Shown here piece after piece: positions 36,982 to 47,083 of a DNA stretch of 64,000 bases. The notes below the pieces were generated by a model that was not told where the DNA came from, searched no databases, and saw only the letters and a list, made by a program, of their open reading frames with translations. Origin of the DNA: an uncultured Actinomycetota bacterium (GTDB lineage: Bacteria; Actinomycetota; Actinomycetes; Propionibacteriales; Nocardioidaceae); NCBI GenBank assembly GCA_963826155.1, contig CAWGVX010000002.1, positions 455,814 through 519,813 of the forward strand, in the 5' to 3' direction. The first letter of the stretch is position 1, and each line of letters opens with the position of its first letter. The position numbers and the translations under genes are program-made.

Positions 36982-38556
36982 TCACCGCCGAGGCGGAGCG
37001 GCACCGGCCGGTCCCGGTGTGGAGCCCGCGAGCGAGGCGTCGGTCTCGTAGATCGTGAATCCTCCGGGCGTCGCGACGCGGGTGTAGTGCCGGCGGAGCA
37101 CGGGCTCGGCGGCGGAGGCGTCCAGGCCCCACGTGCCCAGCCTCGCGCCGAAGACCACGAGCCAGGTGGGCCGGTCGGGGCCGCGCAGCACCTCGGTGAA
37201 CATGCGCAGCCGGGGGTCCCGGACCCGCACCGGCAGGCTCCAGAGCTGGGGGTAGGGGCTGGGCAGCCCGGCGGCGCGCAGGATGGCCGGATCGCCGAAC
37301 GCGACGGTGCCGGTGTCGCCCGGTTGCGCGTGGGTGCGGAGGAAGTGGACGACCCCGGCGTCCGCGCCCGGGCCCGGGGCCCGGGCGTGGGAGACCAGGG
37401 TGCCGACCACGACGACCGCGGCGGCATAGAGGAGCGAGACCCGCAGGCCACGTCGCAGCGGCGGCCCGGCCCCGCCGAGCACGGCGGCCGCCAGCACCAG
37501 CCCGGTGACCAGGGACATCTGGTAGTGCCACCACCAGCTGCCCCCACCCGCGATCCCCACCGCCTCCCAGGCGAGCGCGGCGAGCGCCAGCGCGGCCACG
37601 TGGCGGGGACCCGTCGGCGGCTCCGGCAGGCCTCCTCGGCCCCGGAGGACCGCACCCAGGAGGAGCAGCACCAGCAGCGGGGCGCCGCTGAGGGCGAAGA
37701 CCCCGAGCAGGTGCACGAGCCGGACGTCGTTCGGGTGTGCGGCGCCACCGGCGATCACCTGGGCGGCCTGGAGCCGGAACACGACCACCGCGTCCCAGAG
37801 GCCCGCCGGTCCGGTGCCGAGCAGGTCGGCGACCGCGAGCACGCTCGCGGTGAGCAGGGCAGCACCGAGCGCGAACCACCCGCCGGCGCGGGCGGCGGCC
37901 CCCAGGGCGGTACGCCGGGGGCTGCCGGCACCGGGCCGCAACACGGTGAGCACCAGCGCGGTGGCGGCCACGACCGCCACGTCGATCATGTTCTGCTTCA
38001 CCAGCGCCGCGGCGGCGCCGAGCGCACCCGCCGCGAACCACCAGCGGGACGGGTGGCGGGCGCCCTCGGGGAGGGCGGCGAGCACGCAGCCGGTCCCCGC
38101 GAGCAGGAGCGGCAGCGCCAGCAGCTCGGCGTCGACCTCCAGGGCGTCGAAGAGCGGCATGCTCACGAAGACGGCCGCGGTCGCGGCCGCGTAGACCGCG
38201 CCGGTGGGACGCGGGGTCACGAGACGTCCGATCCACCCGGCGAGCAGGACGCAGGCCACCGCCGCCGCCAGGCCGAGCACCCGCAGCGCGACCGTCCCGC
38301 CCCCGGCGTCCGCGAGCCGGAACAGCGCGATCAGCAGCGGCGGCCGGTCCACCCAGTAGTCGCCGTACAGGCTGGTCCCGGGGTGCCACTGGGCGGCGAC
38401 CATGAGGAGACCGCCCTCGTCCGAGCTCAGCGGTCGGGCCAGGAACGGCAGCCGGATGGCCGCCGCGAGCCCGGCGGCGACGACGACCCAGCCCCGTGGC
38501 GGGACGCCACGCGGCTGCCGGTGGAGGCCGGGGCGCTGGCGGGTCTGGGTGGGCAC
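36982..38556 (-). CDS. GT-C (PMT_2/GT39-like) multi-TM glycosyltransferase
   Basis: LSSDEGG first-loop acidic motif, WVDRPPLL, AALVKQN, many TM segments. Confidence 0.7.
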   Translation of the reverse strand: MPTQTRQRPGLHRQPRGVPPRGWVVVAAGLAAAIRLPFLARPLSSDEGGLLMVAAQWHPGTSLYGDYWVDRPPLLIALFRLADAGGGTVALRVLGLAAAVACVLLAGWIGRLVTPRPTGAVYAAATAAVFVSMPLFDALEVDAELLALPLLLAGTGCVLAALPEGARHPSRWWFAAGALGAAAALVKQNMIDVAVVAATALVLTVLRPGAGSPRRTALGAAARAGGWFALGAALLTASVLAVADLLGTGPAGLWDAVVVFRLQAAQVIAGGAAHPNDVRLVHLLGVFALSGAPLLVLLLLGAVLRGRGGLPEPPTGPRHVAALALAALAWEAVGIAGGGSWWWHYQMSLVTGLVLAAAVLGGAGPPLRRGLRVSLLYAAAVVVVGTLVSHARAPGPGADAGVVHFLRTHAQPGDTGTVAFGDPAILRAAGLPSPYPQLWSLPVRVRDPRLRMFTEVLRGPDRPTWLVVFGARLGTWGLDASAAEPVLRRHYTRVATPGGFTIYETDASLAGSTPGPAGAAPPRR

Positions 38557-38753
38557 TGGCTCGTCTCGGCTGGAGGGACACCGGCCCGGCTGGTCCCGGG
38601 CCTGTCCCCGACGGTGCCCCGTCCCGGTCGCCCGCGGACCAGCCGTTGGTCCCCGGACCTGCCGTCCGCGGGACCCGGCCGACCGGCCCTCATCGTTCCT
38701 TCATCCCCACCGTCGCACTGTGGGGGCGTTCTTCGGCGACGAGAGGTGGCGGC

Positions 38754-39350
38754 ATGTCCTGGGACGGGATCCAGCGTCAGGGGTACCTGGCGGTCAATGA
38801 CCTGAGTGCGGACACCCCGGCGCTGCACGGCGTGCTGCGGGACTACGCGATCTACGGCGTGGTGCTGTTCGCGGTGCTCCTGCTGGCGGGCTGGTGGCTC
38901 GCCCGGGGGCGCGGCCCGGTCGCGATGGCGTCCGCGCTCTGGGCGCCGGTCGGCATGCTGCTGGCGATCGCCGTCAACCAGCCGATCGGCCGGCTGGTGC
39001 ACGAGGCCCGACCGTACGCCGTGCTCCCGCACGTCCTCGTCCTGGTGCCACGCAGCCACGACTTCTCCTTCCCCAGCGACCACGCGGTGATGGCCGGTGC
39101 GGTGGCCGCCGGCGTGTGGCTGGTGAGCCGGCGCCTCGGGCTCGTCGCCGTGGCCTTCGCGCTGCTGATGGCCTTCACCCGGGTCTACGTCGGCGCGCAC
39201 TTCCCCCTCGACGTGGTGGCGGGCCTGCTCGTGGGTGCCGTCGTCGTGCTGGTCGGGCACCGGCTGCTGCTGCCGCTCCTGCGCGCCCTGGTGGTGCGCC
39301 TGGAGCGCACCCCGCTGCGCCCGCTGCTGGCGGCCGAGCCGACGCCCTGA
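38754..39350 (+). CDS. PAP2 family phosphatase (BcrC-like)
   Basis: HEARPY, SFPSDH, RVYVGAHFPLDV. Confidence 0.9.
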   Translation: MSWDGIQRQGYLAVNDLSADTPALHGVLRDYAIYGVVLFAVLLLAGWWLARGRGPVAMASALWAPVGMLLAIAVNQPIGRLVHEARPYAVLPHVLVLVPRSHDFSFPSDHAVMAGAVAAGVWLVSRRLGLVAVAFALLMAFTRVYVGAHFPLDVVAGLLVGAVVVLVGHRLLLPLLRALVVRLERTPLRPLLAAEPTP

Positions 39351-39399
39351 CCCCACGCACCCCACCCCGGGGTCTGTCCGCCGGGCCGGGGAGGACGCT

Positions 39400-39855
39400 C
39401 AGCCGCCGAGTAAGGCGCGCACCCGCGGCACCACCAGGTCCGCGAACTCCTCGAAGAAGCCGTGCCGCCCGCCGGCCACCAGGTGCAGCTCGGCACCGGG
39501 CACCCGGGAGGCGACCAGCGCGGCGTTGCGCACCGGCGACATCAGGTCCGCGTCGCCGTGCGTCACCAACACCCTCACGCAGACCTCCGGGAGCCACCAG
39601 CCGCCGGACCCGGGCCGGGTGCTCGACGACGAGCCGCTGCGCTACCCGGCCGCCCATCGAGGTGCCGTGGACCAGGACGTCGTCGTACCCGAGGTCGTCG
39701 AGCACCGCGGCCGCGTCCGCGGCGAACGACGAGGTCGACCACGAGCCCGCGGCGCCCTCGTCGGCAGCAGGAGCAGGGGCGGCGCGGACTCGGGCCCCAC
39801 GAGCTGCCAGGCCGGCCCGGCCCCCGTCGTACGTCGTGGTCCGCCCGGTCGGCAC
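39400..39855 (-). pseudogene. Alpha/beta hydrolase pseudogene with internal deletions and frameshifts
   Basis: Segments in different frames: AWQLVGPESAPPLLLLP; FAADAAAVLDDLG...HGTSMGG; VLVTHGDADLMSPV...GGRHGFFEEF...stop. Confidence 0.75.
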
Positions 39856-40047
39856 GGCGTGACTCTGCACGGCGCGACTCTGCCAGACCCGGTGGTTCGG
39901 ACCCGGTGGGGGAGGCGGGGCCCGGCCATACCCCATTCTCGGGACCTTTGTCCCGCCGGCGTGCCCTATCTGGGGGAAGCGCCCTTGGTCGGGGGCGCGG
40001 AACTTTCTAGGTTGCAGTGTCCCGTCAACCGGGGCGCCCTCCCGGTC

Positions 40048-40568
<521 letters not shown>

Positions 40569-40997
40569 CCCCAGCCTGGAGCCGGAGCCTCGAGGCGGAG
40601 CCTCGAGCCCTCGACGTCCGACGAGCGCACCCCCCGGCGCTCGTCGGGCCCGCCGGGGTGCGGGAGCCCGTGGCACCGGGCCCCCGCACCCCGACGCACC
40701 CCGACGTCCCCCCGGTTCGACCGACGGGCACCCTTCCGAGCGGGTCGCGGCATGACCGGACGGTCGTGGGGAGGATCTCTGCGGCTGAAGGGGGCTGTCT
40801 GGCTGCCTGTGGGCCGGTGTTGTGGACCGGGGTGTTCCGGATCCCGGGGTTCCGGTGGCGGCGTTGTGCGACGGCGTTTCCCACAACGCCGACAAATCGC
40901 GGGCCGGGAAGCGGGACACGGTGTGCCACAACGCCGCACGCGGGGCGCGCGGCGCGGCTCGTGACGGAGTCAGCGGGACCGCGGCCGGGCCAGGCCG

Positions 40998-41477
40998 TCA
41001 GGCGGCCACGGTCTCCCGGACCCGGTCGATCATCGCCTGCTCGCGCTCGCTGACGCGCACCGCGTGGAAGCCGAGGAAGCCGCCCTCCCGCGCCGCCTCG
41101 GCGGCCGCCTGAGCGGCGCTGACCAGCCACGCGCCGAACGCCGCGGACTCCTCGGACGATGCCTTGGCCGCGACCAGGTCGTGCACCGCCCGCAGCTCGG
41201 CGAGCACCAGGTCGCCGGTCGGCTGGTCCCCGGTGGGCCGGTAGCCCTTCAGCGGGTTCTCCTTGTGCTGGACCATCTCCTGCACGTCCAGCGCGACCTC
41301 GGAGAGCAGCTGCTCGCGGCTCGGCGGGTTGGTGGCGCTGCGCATCGTGGCCATCGTCTCCTTGGCGGCCTCGATCGGGCCGCCGGGATCGGCCAGCGTG
41401 ATCGCCAGCCCGGCCACCATGGGGGCGCGGACGATCCGCGCCCACTCCTCGGGATCGAAGTCGCTCTTCGTGGTCAC
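40998..41477 (-). CDS. Conserved hypothetical protein
   Basis: DFDPEEW...AAREGGFLGFHAVRVSEREQAMI; GC3-biased frame. Confidence 0.7.
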   Translation of the reverse strand: MTTKSDFDPEEWARIVRAPMVAGLAITLADPGGPIEAAKETMATMRSATNPPSREQLLSEVALDVQEMVQHKENPLKGYRPTGDQPTGDLVLAELRAVHDLVAAKASSEESAAFGAWLVSAAQAAAEAAREGGFLGFHAVRVSEREQAMIDRVRETVAA

Positions 41478-41610
41478 GGCGCAGCCCTCCGTCGGGTCGG
41501 TGCGGACCGCTCCACCGTGGCCGACGTACGCCCTCCGGCGCCTCACCCCGGGCGGGTGAGGCGGACGCGGCGCGAGGGGCCGGTCAGCCCGGTGGCCTCG
41601 GCAGGACCCG

Positions 41611-41734
41611 GCGGTGGGTCAGCCACCGTCTCCGGCGCTGGTCCGGTGGACAGCTCACCGCCGGGGACCGACGGGGCGATCGGGCGGTGGGTCAGCCACC
41701 CTTTCCGGCGCTGGTTCGGTGGACAGCTCACCGC
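41611..41734. repeat. Paired 51-bp palindromic REP-like units (73-bp period)
   Basis: GCGGTGGGTCAGCCACC-N-CGGTGGACAGCTCACCGC at 41611-41661 and 41684-41734; same family as 10588-10711. Confidence 0.8.
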
Positions 41735-41811
41735 CGCCCCCGGCCTCCGTCACCGTCACCGAGCGCCGGCCGCACGACGCCGGCATCCTCAGGCGTGCCG
41801 GGGGAGACCGC

Positions 41812-42609
41812 TCAGCCGGCGGCCAGCAGCAGCACGACGTCGGTGAGCGCGATGCCGATCGCGGCGAGGAACGGGCCGCGCCCGTCCCGGGTCAGCGCGA
41901 CCAGGGCGAGCAGCGCGACCACCCCCAGGGCGGCGAGCGACGAGGGGCGTCCGAGGCCGGCGCCGAGCACGACCACGACCGTGCCGGCGACGAGCACGCC
42001 GGTGGCGACCGCCGGCAGCAGCCGCGGGCCGATCCGGTGCGGCAGCCCGCGGACCCCGGTGGCCGCGTCGTCCTCGAGGTCGGGCAGCACGTTGAGCAGG
42101 TGCGCACCCACGCCGAGCAGGGCCCCGGCCAGCGGCATCCACCACGGTGGCAGCGCCGGCGGGACGTCGGCGAGCGAGACGAACACGACCAGGGCGCCGA
42201 AGGCGACGGCGTACGGCGCCCACGACCACACCGTGGCCTTCAGCCCGGCGTTGTAGAGCCAGCCCGAGCCGACGCACACCAGGTGCACCAGCCCGGCCGC
42301 CCACCCGCAGGCCAGCGAGAGCGGCACCACCGCGAGGACCGCGAGGGTGCACGCCCACCGGACCGTCCGGGTCGAGACCTCGCCCGCGGCGAGCGGCTTG
42401 TCGCGGCGCGCCACCGCCCGGTCCCGGACCTCGTCGAGGAGGTCGTTGGACCAGCCGATCGAGAGCTGGCCGGTGAGCACCGCCGCGACCACGAGGGCGG
42501 TCCGGCCGGGCGTGAGCCCGTCGGCCACGGCGAGCAGCCCCGCGAGCACCACCACCGCGAGCGCCGGGCCGGGGTGCGCGGCCCGGAACAGGGCGGGCAG
42601 CGCGGTCAC
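41812..42609 (-). CDS. UbiA family prenyltransferase
   Basis: AAHPGP, WSNDLLDEVRD...RRDKPL, NVLPDLEDD; multiple TM segments. Confidence 0.88.
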   Translation of the reverse strand: MTALPALFRAAHPGPALAVVVLAGLLAVADGLTPGRTALVVAAVLTGQLSIGWSNDLLDEVRDRAVARRDKPLAAGEVSTRTVRWACTLAVLAVVPLSLACGWAAGLVHLVCVGSGWLYNAGLKATVWSWAPYAVAFGALVVFVSLADVPPALPPWWMPLAGALLGVGAHLLNVLPDLEDDAATGVRGLPHRIGPRLLPAVATGVLVAGTVVVVLGAGLGRPSSLAALGVVALLALVALTRDGRGPFLAAIGIALTDVVLLLAAG

Positions 42610-43208
42610 CGCGGTTCCCGCAGCGCCGGAGGCAGCGCCGAGGGCGGCGCCGACCCGGCGGCGAGCGGGTCCGCGGGGAGCTGGCGCACCTGGTCGCGGC
42701 ACCACGGGCTGACCTCCCGACTGCCGTCGAGGACGCCCGCGCGGAAGTCGCCCCAGTCCGCCCAGCGTGCCTCGGCGACCTCGTCGGGGTCGGGGGTGAG
42801 CGGGTCGGTGGTGGTCGCGACCAGCACCGGGCACATCTCGTTCTCGACCACGCCGTTGGGCATCACCGCGCGGTAGCGGAAGCCGGGCAGCAGCAGCCGG
42901 ACCCCCTCGGCCCGCACGCCGACCTCGGCCAGCACCCGCCGTCGTACGGCGTCGTGGAGGTCCTCGCCCGGTGCCGGGTGCCCGCAGACGCTGTTGGTCC
43001 ACGCGCCCGGCCAGGTCGGCTTGTGCAGCGCCCGTCGGGTCAGCAGCAACCGGCCCCGGTCGTCGAAGAGGTAGCAGGAGAAGGCCAGGTGCAGCGGGGT
43101 GGCGGCGTGGTGCACCTCGGCCTTGGGCGTGGTGCCGGTCGCGCGGCCCTCCTCGTCGAGCAGCACCACCAGCTCGACCCCGCCCCCGGGCTGCTGCCCG
43201 GGGCTCAC
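42606..43208 (-). CDS. idi: Isopentenyl-diphosphate delta-isomerase (type 1)
   Basis: LHLAFSCYLF, WTNSVCGHP, RRVLAEVG, ENEMCPV. Confidence 0.93.
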   Translation of the reverse strand: MSPGQQPGGGVELVVLLDEEGRATGTTPKAEVHHAATPLHLAFSCYLFDDRGRLLLTRRALHKPTWPGAWTNSVCGHPAPGEDLHDAVRRRVLAEVGVRAEGVRLLLPGFRYRAVMPNGVVENEMCPVLVATTTDPLTPDPDEVAEARWADWGDFRAGVLDGSREVSPWCRDQVRQLPADPLAAGSAPPSALPPALREPR

Positions 43209-44227
43209 GCCGGCCTCGCGAGCTGGTCGACCGCGGCGCCGAAGACGCGCGGGGCCGCCGCGGCGAGCGGCACCAGCCGCCGGCGTACGGCGGGCCGCCG
43301 GGTCGCCCGCAGCAGCGCGTGGGTGAGCAGCTCGTGGCGCCGGCCCAGGCGGCGGGCGGCCGGCTCGTAGCGGTCCGGACGGCCCGCGGCCACCGCCGCC
43401 ACCGCCGCGCGGGCCTGGGCGAGCCCGAGCGCGAGACCCTCGCCGGTGAGCGCGTCGACGTAGCCGGCCGCGTCGCCGACCAGCAGCACCCGCCCGGCCA
43501 CCCGGCGGCTGGCCCGCTGCCGCAGCGGGCCGGCGCCGCGCACCGGGGCCAGGTCCGCGCCCGCCAGCCGGTGGGCGAGCCGCGGGAAGCAGGGGAGCAG
43601 GTCGGCGACCGGCCGGCGGACGTCGCTGAGCACCGCCACGCCGACCAGGTCGCCGGCGACCGGGGTCACGTAGGCCTCGCCGATCGCCGACCAGTGCACC
43701 TCGACCATCGAGGTCCACGGCGTCACGGGCAGGTGGCCGCGCTGGCCGTAGCGCCGCCGGCCGCGCACCGGCCGGTCGAGGCCGAGCAGCCGGCGCACGG
43801 GGGAGTGCAGCCCGTCGGCCGCGAGGAGGTAGCGGGTGGGCTCGCCGTCGACGAGCAGGTGGTCGCCGCGATCCTCGACCGCCCGCACCGGCCGGTGGTC
43901 GGTCCCGATCCCGGCGTCGGCGGCCGCCGCGGCGAGCGCCGCGTGCAGGGTGGTGCGGCGCACGCCGCGCCCCGGGCCGCGGCGGAACGGCGCCTCGGCG
44001 ACGTGCGTGCCGTCGAGGTAGCGGATCCCGCTCAGCGGCCGGCCGTCCGGGTCCACGCCCACGTCGGCCAGGGCGGCGAGCGCACCGGGCATCAGGCCCT
44101 CGCCGCAGGCCTTGTCGATGACGCCCGCGCGGGGCTCGACCACGCCCACGTCGAGCCCCGCGCGCCGGGCGTGCAGCGCGGCGGCCAGGCCCACCGGGCC
44201 GCCGCCGGCCACCAGCAGGTCACGCAC
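43205..44227 (-). CDS. FAD-dependent monooxygenase/oxidoreductase (SrsC-like)
   Basis: GGGPVG, KACGEGLMP, AADGLHS, GDAAGYVDALTGEG. Confidence 0.88.
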   Translation of the reverse strand: MRDLLVAGGGPVGLAAALHARRAGLDVGVVEPRAGVIDKACGEGLMPGALAALADVGVDPDGRPLSGIRYLDGTHVAEAPFRRGPGRGVRRTTLHAALAAAAADAGIGTDHRPVRAVEDRGDHLLVDGEPTRYLLAADGLHSPVRRLLGLDRPVRGRRRYGQRGHLPVTPWTSMVEVHWSAIGEAYVTPVAGDLVGVAVLSDVRRPVADLLPCFPRLAHRLAGADLAPVRGAGPLRQRASRRVAGRVLLVGDAAGYVDALTGEGLALGLAQARAAVAAVAAGRPDRYEPAARRLGRRHELLTHALLRATRRPAVRRRLVPLAAAAPRVFGAAVDQLARPA

Positions 44228-44756
44228 GGCCGGCGCTCCCGGGCAGCGTCGCCAGCGCCGCGTCCTCGACCCGGATCCGGACGGTGAGCAGCGCGGCGTT
44301 GGCCAGCGTGAACCCCAGCGCGGTGAGCCAGGCCGCGTGCACCAGCGGGAGCGCGATGCCCTCCGCGACCACCGCGACGTAGTTGGGGTGGCGCAGCAGC
44401 CGGTAGGGGCCGCCGGTGACCGGCGGCAGGCCGGGCACCACGATCACCCGGGTGTTCCAGCGCCGGCCCAGGGTGGCGATGCACCACCAGCGCAGCGCCT
44501 GCGAGGCCAGCACCACCACCAGCATCGACCAGGCGAGCGCGGCGGGCACCGCGGGCCGGCGCACCCAGGCCTCCACGAGCATCGCCGCCAGGAAGCCGGT
44601 GTGCAGCGCGACCATCACCGGGTAGTGGCCCCGGCCGGTCTCCCGGCCGCCGCGCGCGAGGCTCCACCGGGCGTTGCGGGTGGAGACCACGAGCTCGGCG
44701 AGCCGCTCGACGCCGACCAGCGCGACCAGCACGGTGAACGCGGCCAGGCCGGTCAC
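44220..44756 (-). CDS. Isoprenylcysteine carboxyl methyltransferase family (SrsB/Pmt-like)
   Basis: ERLAELVVSTRN, HYPVMVALH, TLGRRWNTRV, RHPNYVAV, RIRVED. Confidence 0.9.
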   Translation of the reverse strand: MTGLAAFTVLVALVGVERLAELVVSTRNARWSLARGGRETGRGHYPVMVALHTGFLAAMLVEAWVRRPAVPAALAWSMLVVVLASQALRWWCIATLGRRWNTRVIVVPGLPPVTGGPYRLLRHPNYVAVVAEGIALPLVHAAWLTALGFTLANAALLTVRIRVEDAALATLPGSAGRA

Positions 44757-45913
44757 GCCGCCACCTCGTCGGGGGCGCGCACCAGCACCAGCTCGGAGCA
44801 GAACCCGGGACCCATGGCGAGCACGATGCCGTAGGACCCCGGCCGCGGCGGCCGGTCGCGCAGCGTGTCCTCCAGGACGTGCAGCACCGAGGCCGAGGAC
44901 AGGTTGCCGATCCGGGCCAGCGAGTCCCAGGTGAGCCGGACCGCCTCCCGCGGGACCTCGAGCGCGCCCTGGAGGGCCTCGATCACCTTCGGGCCGCCGG
45001 GGTGGCAGACCCACCACTCCACGTCGGTGCGGGACAGCCCGTGGTCGGCCAGGAAGGCGTCGACGTCGTCGCGGAGGTAGTGGCTCACCACCGCCGGCAC
45101 CTGGGCGTCCAGCACGATCCGCAGGCCGCCGCTGGTCACGTCGAAGCCCATCGTGCGCTCGGAGTCGGGGTAGAGCCGGCTGCGGGTGGCGAGCACCTCG
45201 GCGGCCGCGGGGCACCCGGCGTCGTCGCCGCCCCGCGCGACCACCGCCGCCGCGCCGTCGCCGAAGAGCCCGCTGGCCACCAGGTTCGGGACCGACATGT
45301 CGTCGCGCTGCACGGTCAGCGAGCAGAGCTCGACGGTGAGCAGCACCGCCACCCCGCCGGGGTGCCCGCGCAGGTAGTCGTGCAGCCGGGCCAGCCCCGC
45401 CGCGCCCGCGACGCAGCCCAGCCCCACCAGCGGGACCCGCTTGACGTCGGGACGCAGCCCGATGCTGGACGCGATCCGCGCGTCCAGGGTGGGCACCGCC
45501 AGCCCGGTCACGGTCGCGCACATGACCAGGTCGACGTCGCTCGGGGTGAGCCCCGCCGCCTTCAGCGCGTCGAGCACCGCGCGGGAGCCGAGCTCGACGG
45601 CGTGCTCGATGAACAGGTCGTTGGCGCGGGTGAAGTCCCCGAGGCCGGCGTACTCCTCCAGCGGCAGCGCCAGGCTGCGGTGCTCCACGCCGGCGTTGCG
45701 GTGGAAGCGGCGCAGCACCCGCTCGTCGAGGCCGCCGCCGCGGGCGATGACGCCGGCGAAGGCGTCGGTGATCTCGGCCTGGGGGTAGCGGTTCGGGGGC
45801 AGCACGCCGCGCACCGCCAGCACCTGGGTGCGCGCCTCGGGGGCGGCCGCCGCGCCGCCGGGGGCCGGTCGCGCCGGCTGTGGGGTCTCGCCGGGTGCCG
45901 GTGCGTCCGCCAT
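44753..45913 (-). CDS. Type III polyketide synthase (SrsA/Pks11-like)
   Basis: Catalytic triad GLGCVAG, CHPGGPKV, GNLSSAS; AMGPGF. Confidence 0.93.
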   Translation of the reverse strand: MADAPAPGETPQPARPAPGGAAAAPEARTQVLAVRGVLPPNRYPQAEITDAFAGVIARGGGLDERVLRRFHRNAGVEHRSLALPLEEYAGLGDFTRANDLFIEHAVELGSRAVLDALKAAGLTPSDVDLVMCATVTGLAVPTLDARIASSIGLRPDVKRVPLVGLGCVAGAAGLARLHDYLRGHPGGVAVLLTVELCSLTVQRDDMSVPNLVASGLFGDGAAAVVARGGDDAGCPAAAEVLATRSRLYPDSERTMGFDVTSGGLRIVLDAQVPAVVSHYLRDDVDAFLADHGLSRTDVEWWVCHPGGPKVIEALQGALEVPREAVRLTWDSLARIGNLSSASVLHVLEDTLRDRPPRPGSYGIVLAMGPGFCSELVLVRAPDEVAA

Positions 45914-46014
45914 CTCGTCACGGTACCCGGCGGCCGCACACCGCTGCCGGGCCCGGCGGCGGCCTCACCCGGGACGGGTGATCCCGGCGGGAGGGCCCCG
46001 GGTGACAGTGGAGG

Positions 46015-47052
46015 GTGTCGACGCGGACGGGACGGGAGAGGGCGGCCTCGGGCCTCGGCTCGGTCCGCCTCCTGGTCCGGTACGCCGTGGGCCGGGCGCG
46101 TGGCCTCGCCGCGACGGTGCTCGACACGGTGCCGCCGGTGCGCCGGACCGTCCAGGAGCTGGTGCGGGTCGAGGTGATCGACCGGACGCTGGTGGTGGCC
46201 GCGCAGGCGCTGCTGGCGCTGGTGCCCCTGGTCGTCGTGCTGGCCGCGTTCCTGCCCGCCGACCTGACCAGCACGAGCATGCAGCGCTTCGACGACGTCA
46301 CGGGGCTGTCGCGGGCCTCCGGCCAGCGGGTGGTCGGGCAGGTCGAGCCGCTGAAGTCCGGGGACGAGATCCGGGCCCAGACCGGCCTGGTCGGACTGGT
46401 CGTGGCGGTGCTCTCCTCCTCCAGCTTCGCGCGGGCGCTGATGCGCGCCTACGAGCGGATCTGGGCGCTGCCCAGCGTCCCCGGGCTCCGCGGCCGCCGG
46501 CGGGCGCTCGGCTGGCTGCTGGGTTGGCTGGTCGCGCTGCAGCTGCTGGTGCTCACCGGCTGGGCCCGGTCGCAGGTGGAGGCGCGAGCCGGGGAGCCGC
46601 CGGTGGCGGCCACCTTCGGCGCGGTAGGGGTCGCCGTGCAGGTGGGCGTCGCGGCGCTGGTGTGGTGGTGGACGCTGCACGTGCTGCTGAGCGGCCGGGT
46701 GCGGTGGAGGGCGCTGGTGGTGCCGGCGACGGTCACCGGCGCCGCGGTGGTCGCGTTCTCCGCCGGGTCCGCGCTGGTGATGCCGCAGTACGCCGACTCC
46801 TCGGCCGCGCAGTTCGGGACCGTGGGCCTGGTGCTCGCGGTGGCGACCTGGCTGGTCGCGTTCGCCGGCGTCCTGGTGGTGGCGGCGGTGGTCGGCCGGG
46901 TGCTCGCCGAGGACGAGACCAGCCGGGCGGTCCTGGCGCGGGTGGCCGCCCGGATCAGGCGGGTCGTCGCGGTCCGGCACCCCGACCGGTTCGCGGCTGA
47001 CCCCGCGCCCGGGTCGGCTCGGACCCGCCGCAGACCGGGGCCCGGTCGCTGA
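46015..47052 (+). CDS. YihY/BrkB-like membrane protein
   Basis: RALMRAYERIW, QFGTVGLVLAVATWL; TM pattern. Confidence 0.7.
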   Translation: MSTRTGRERAASGLGSVRLLVRYAVGRARGLAATVLDTVPPVRRTVQELVRVEVIDRTLVVAAQALLALVPLVVVLAAFLPADLTSTSMQRFDDVTGLSRASGQRVVGQVEPLKSGDEIRAQTGLVGLVVAVLSSSSFARALMRAYERIWALPSVPGLRGRRRALGWLLGWLVALQLLVLTGWARSQVEARAGEPPVAATFGAVGVAVQVGVAALVWWWTLHVLLSGRVRWRALVVPATVTGAAVVAFSAGSALVMPQYADSSAAQFGTVGLVLAVATWLVAFAGVLVVAAVVGRVLAEDETSRAVLARVAARIRRVVAVRHPDRFAADPAPGSARTRRRPGPGR

Positions 47053-47083
47053 GCCGGGCGCGCCGGGTCGGCGCTGCGGTCCC

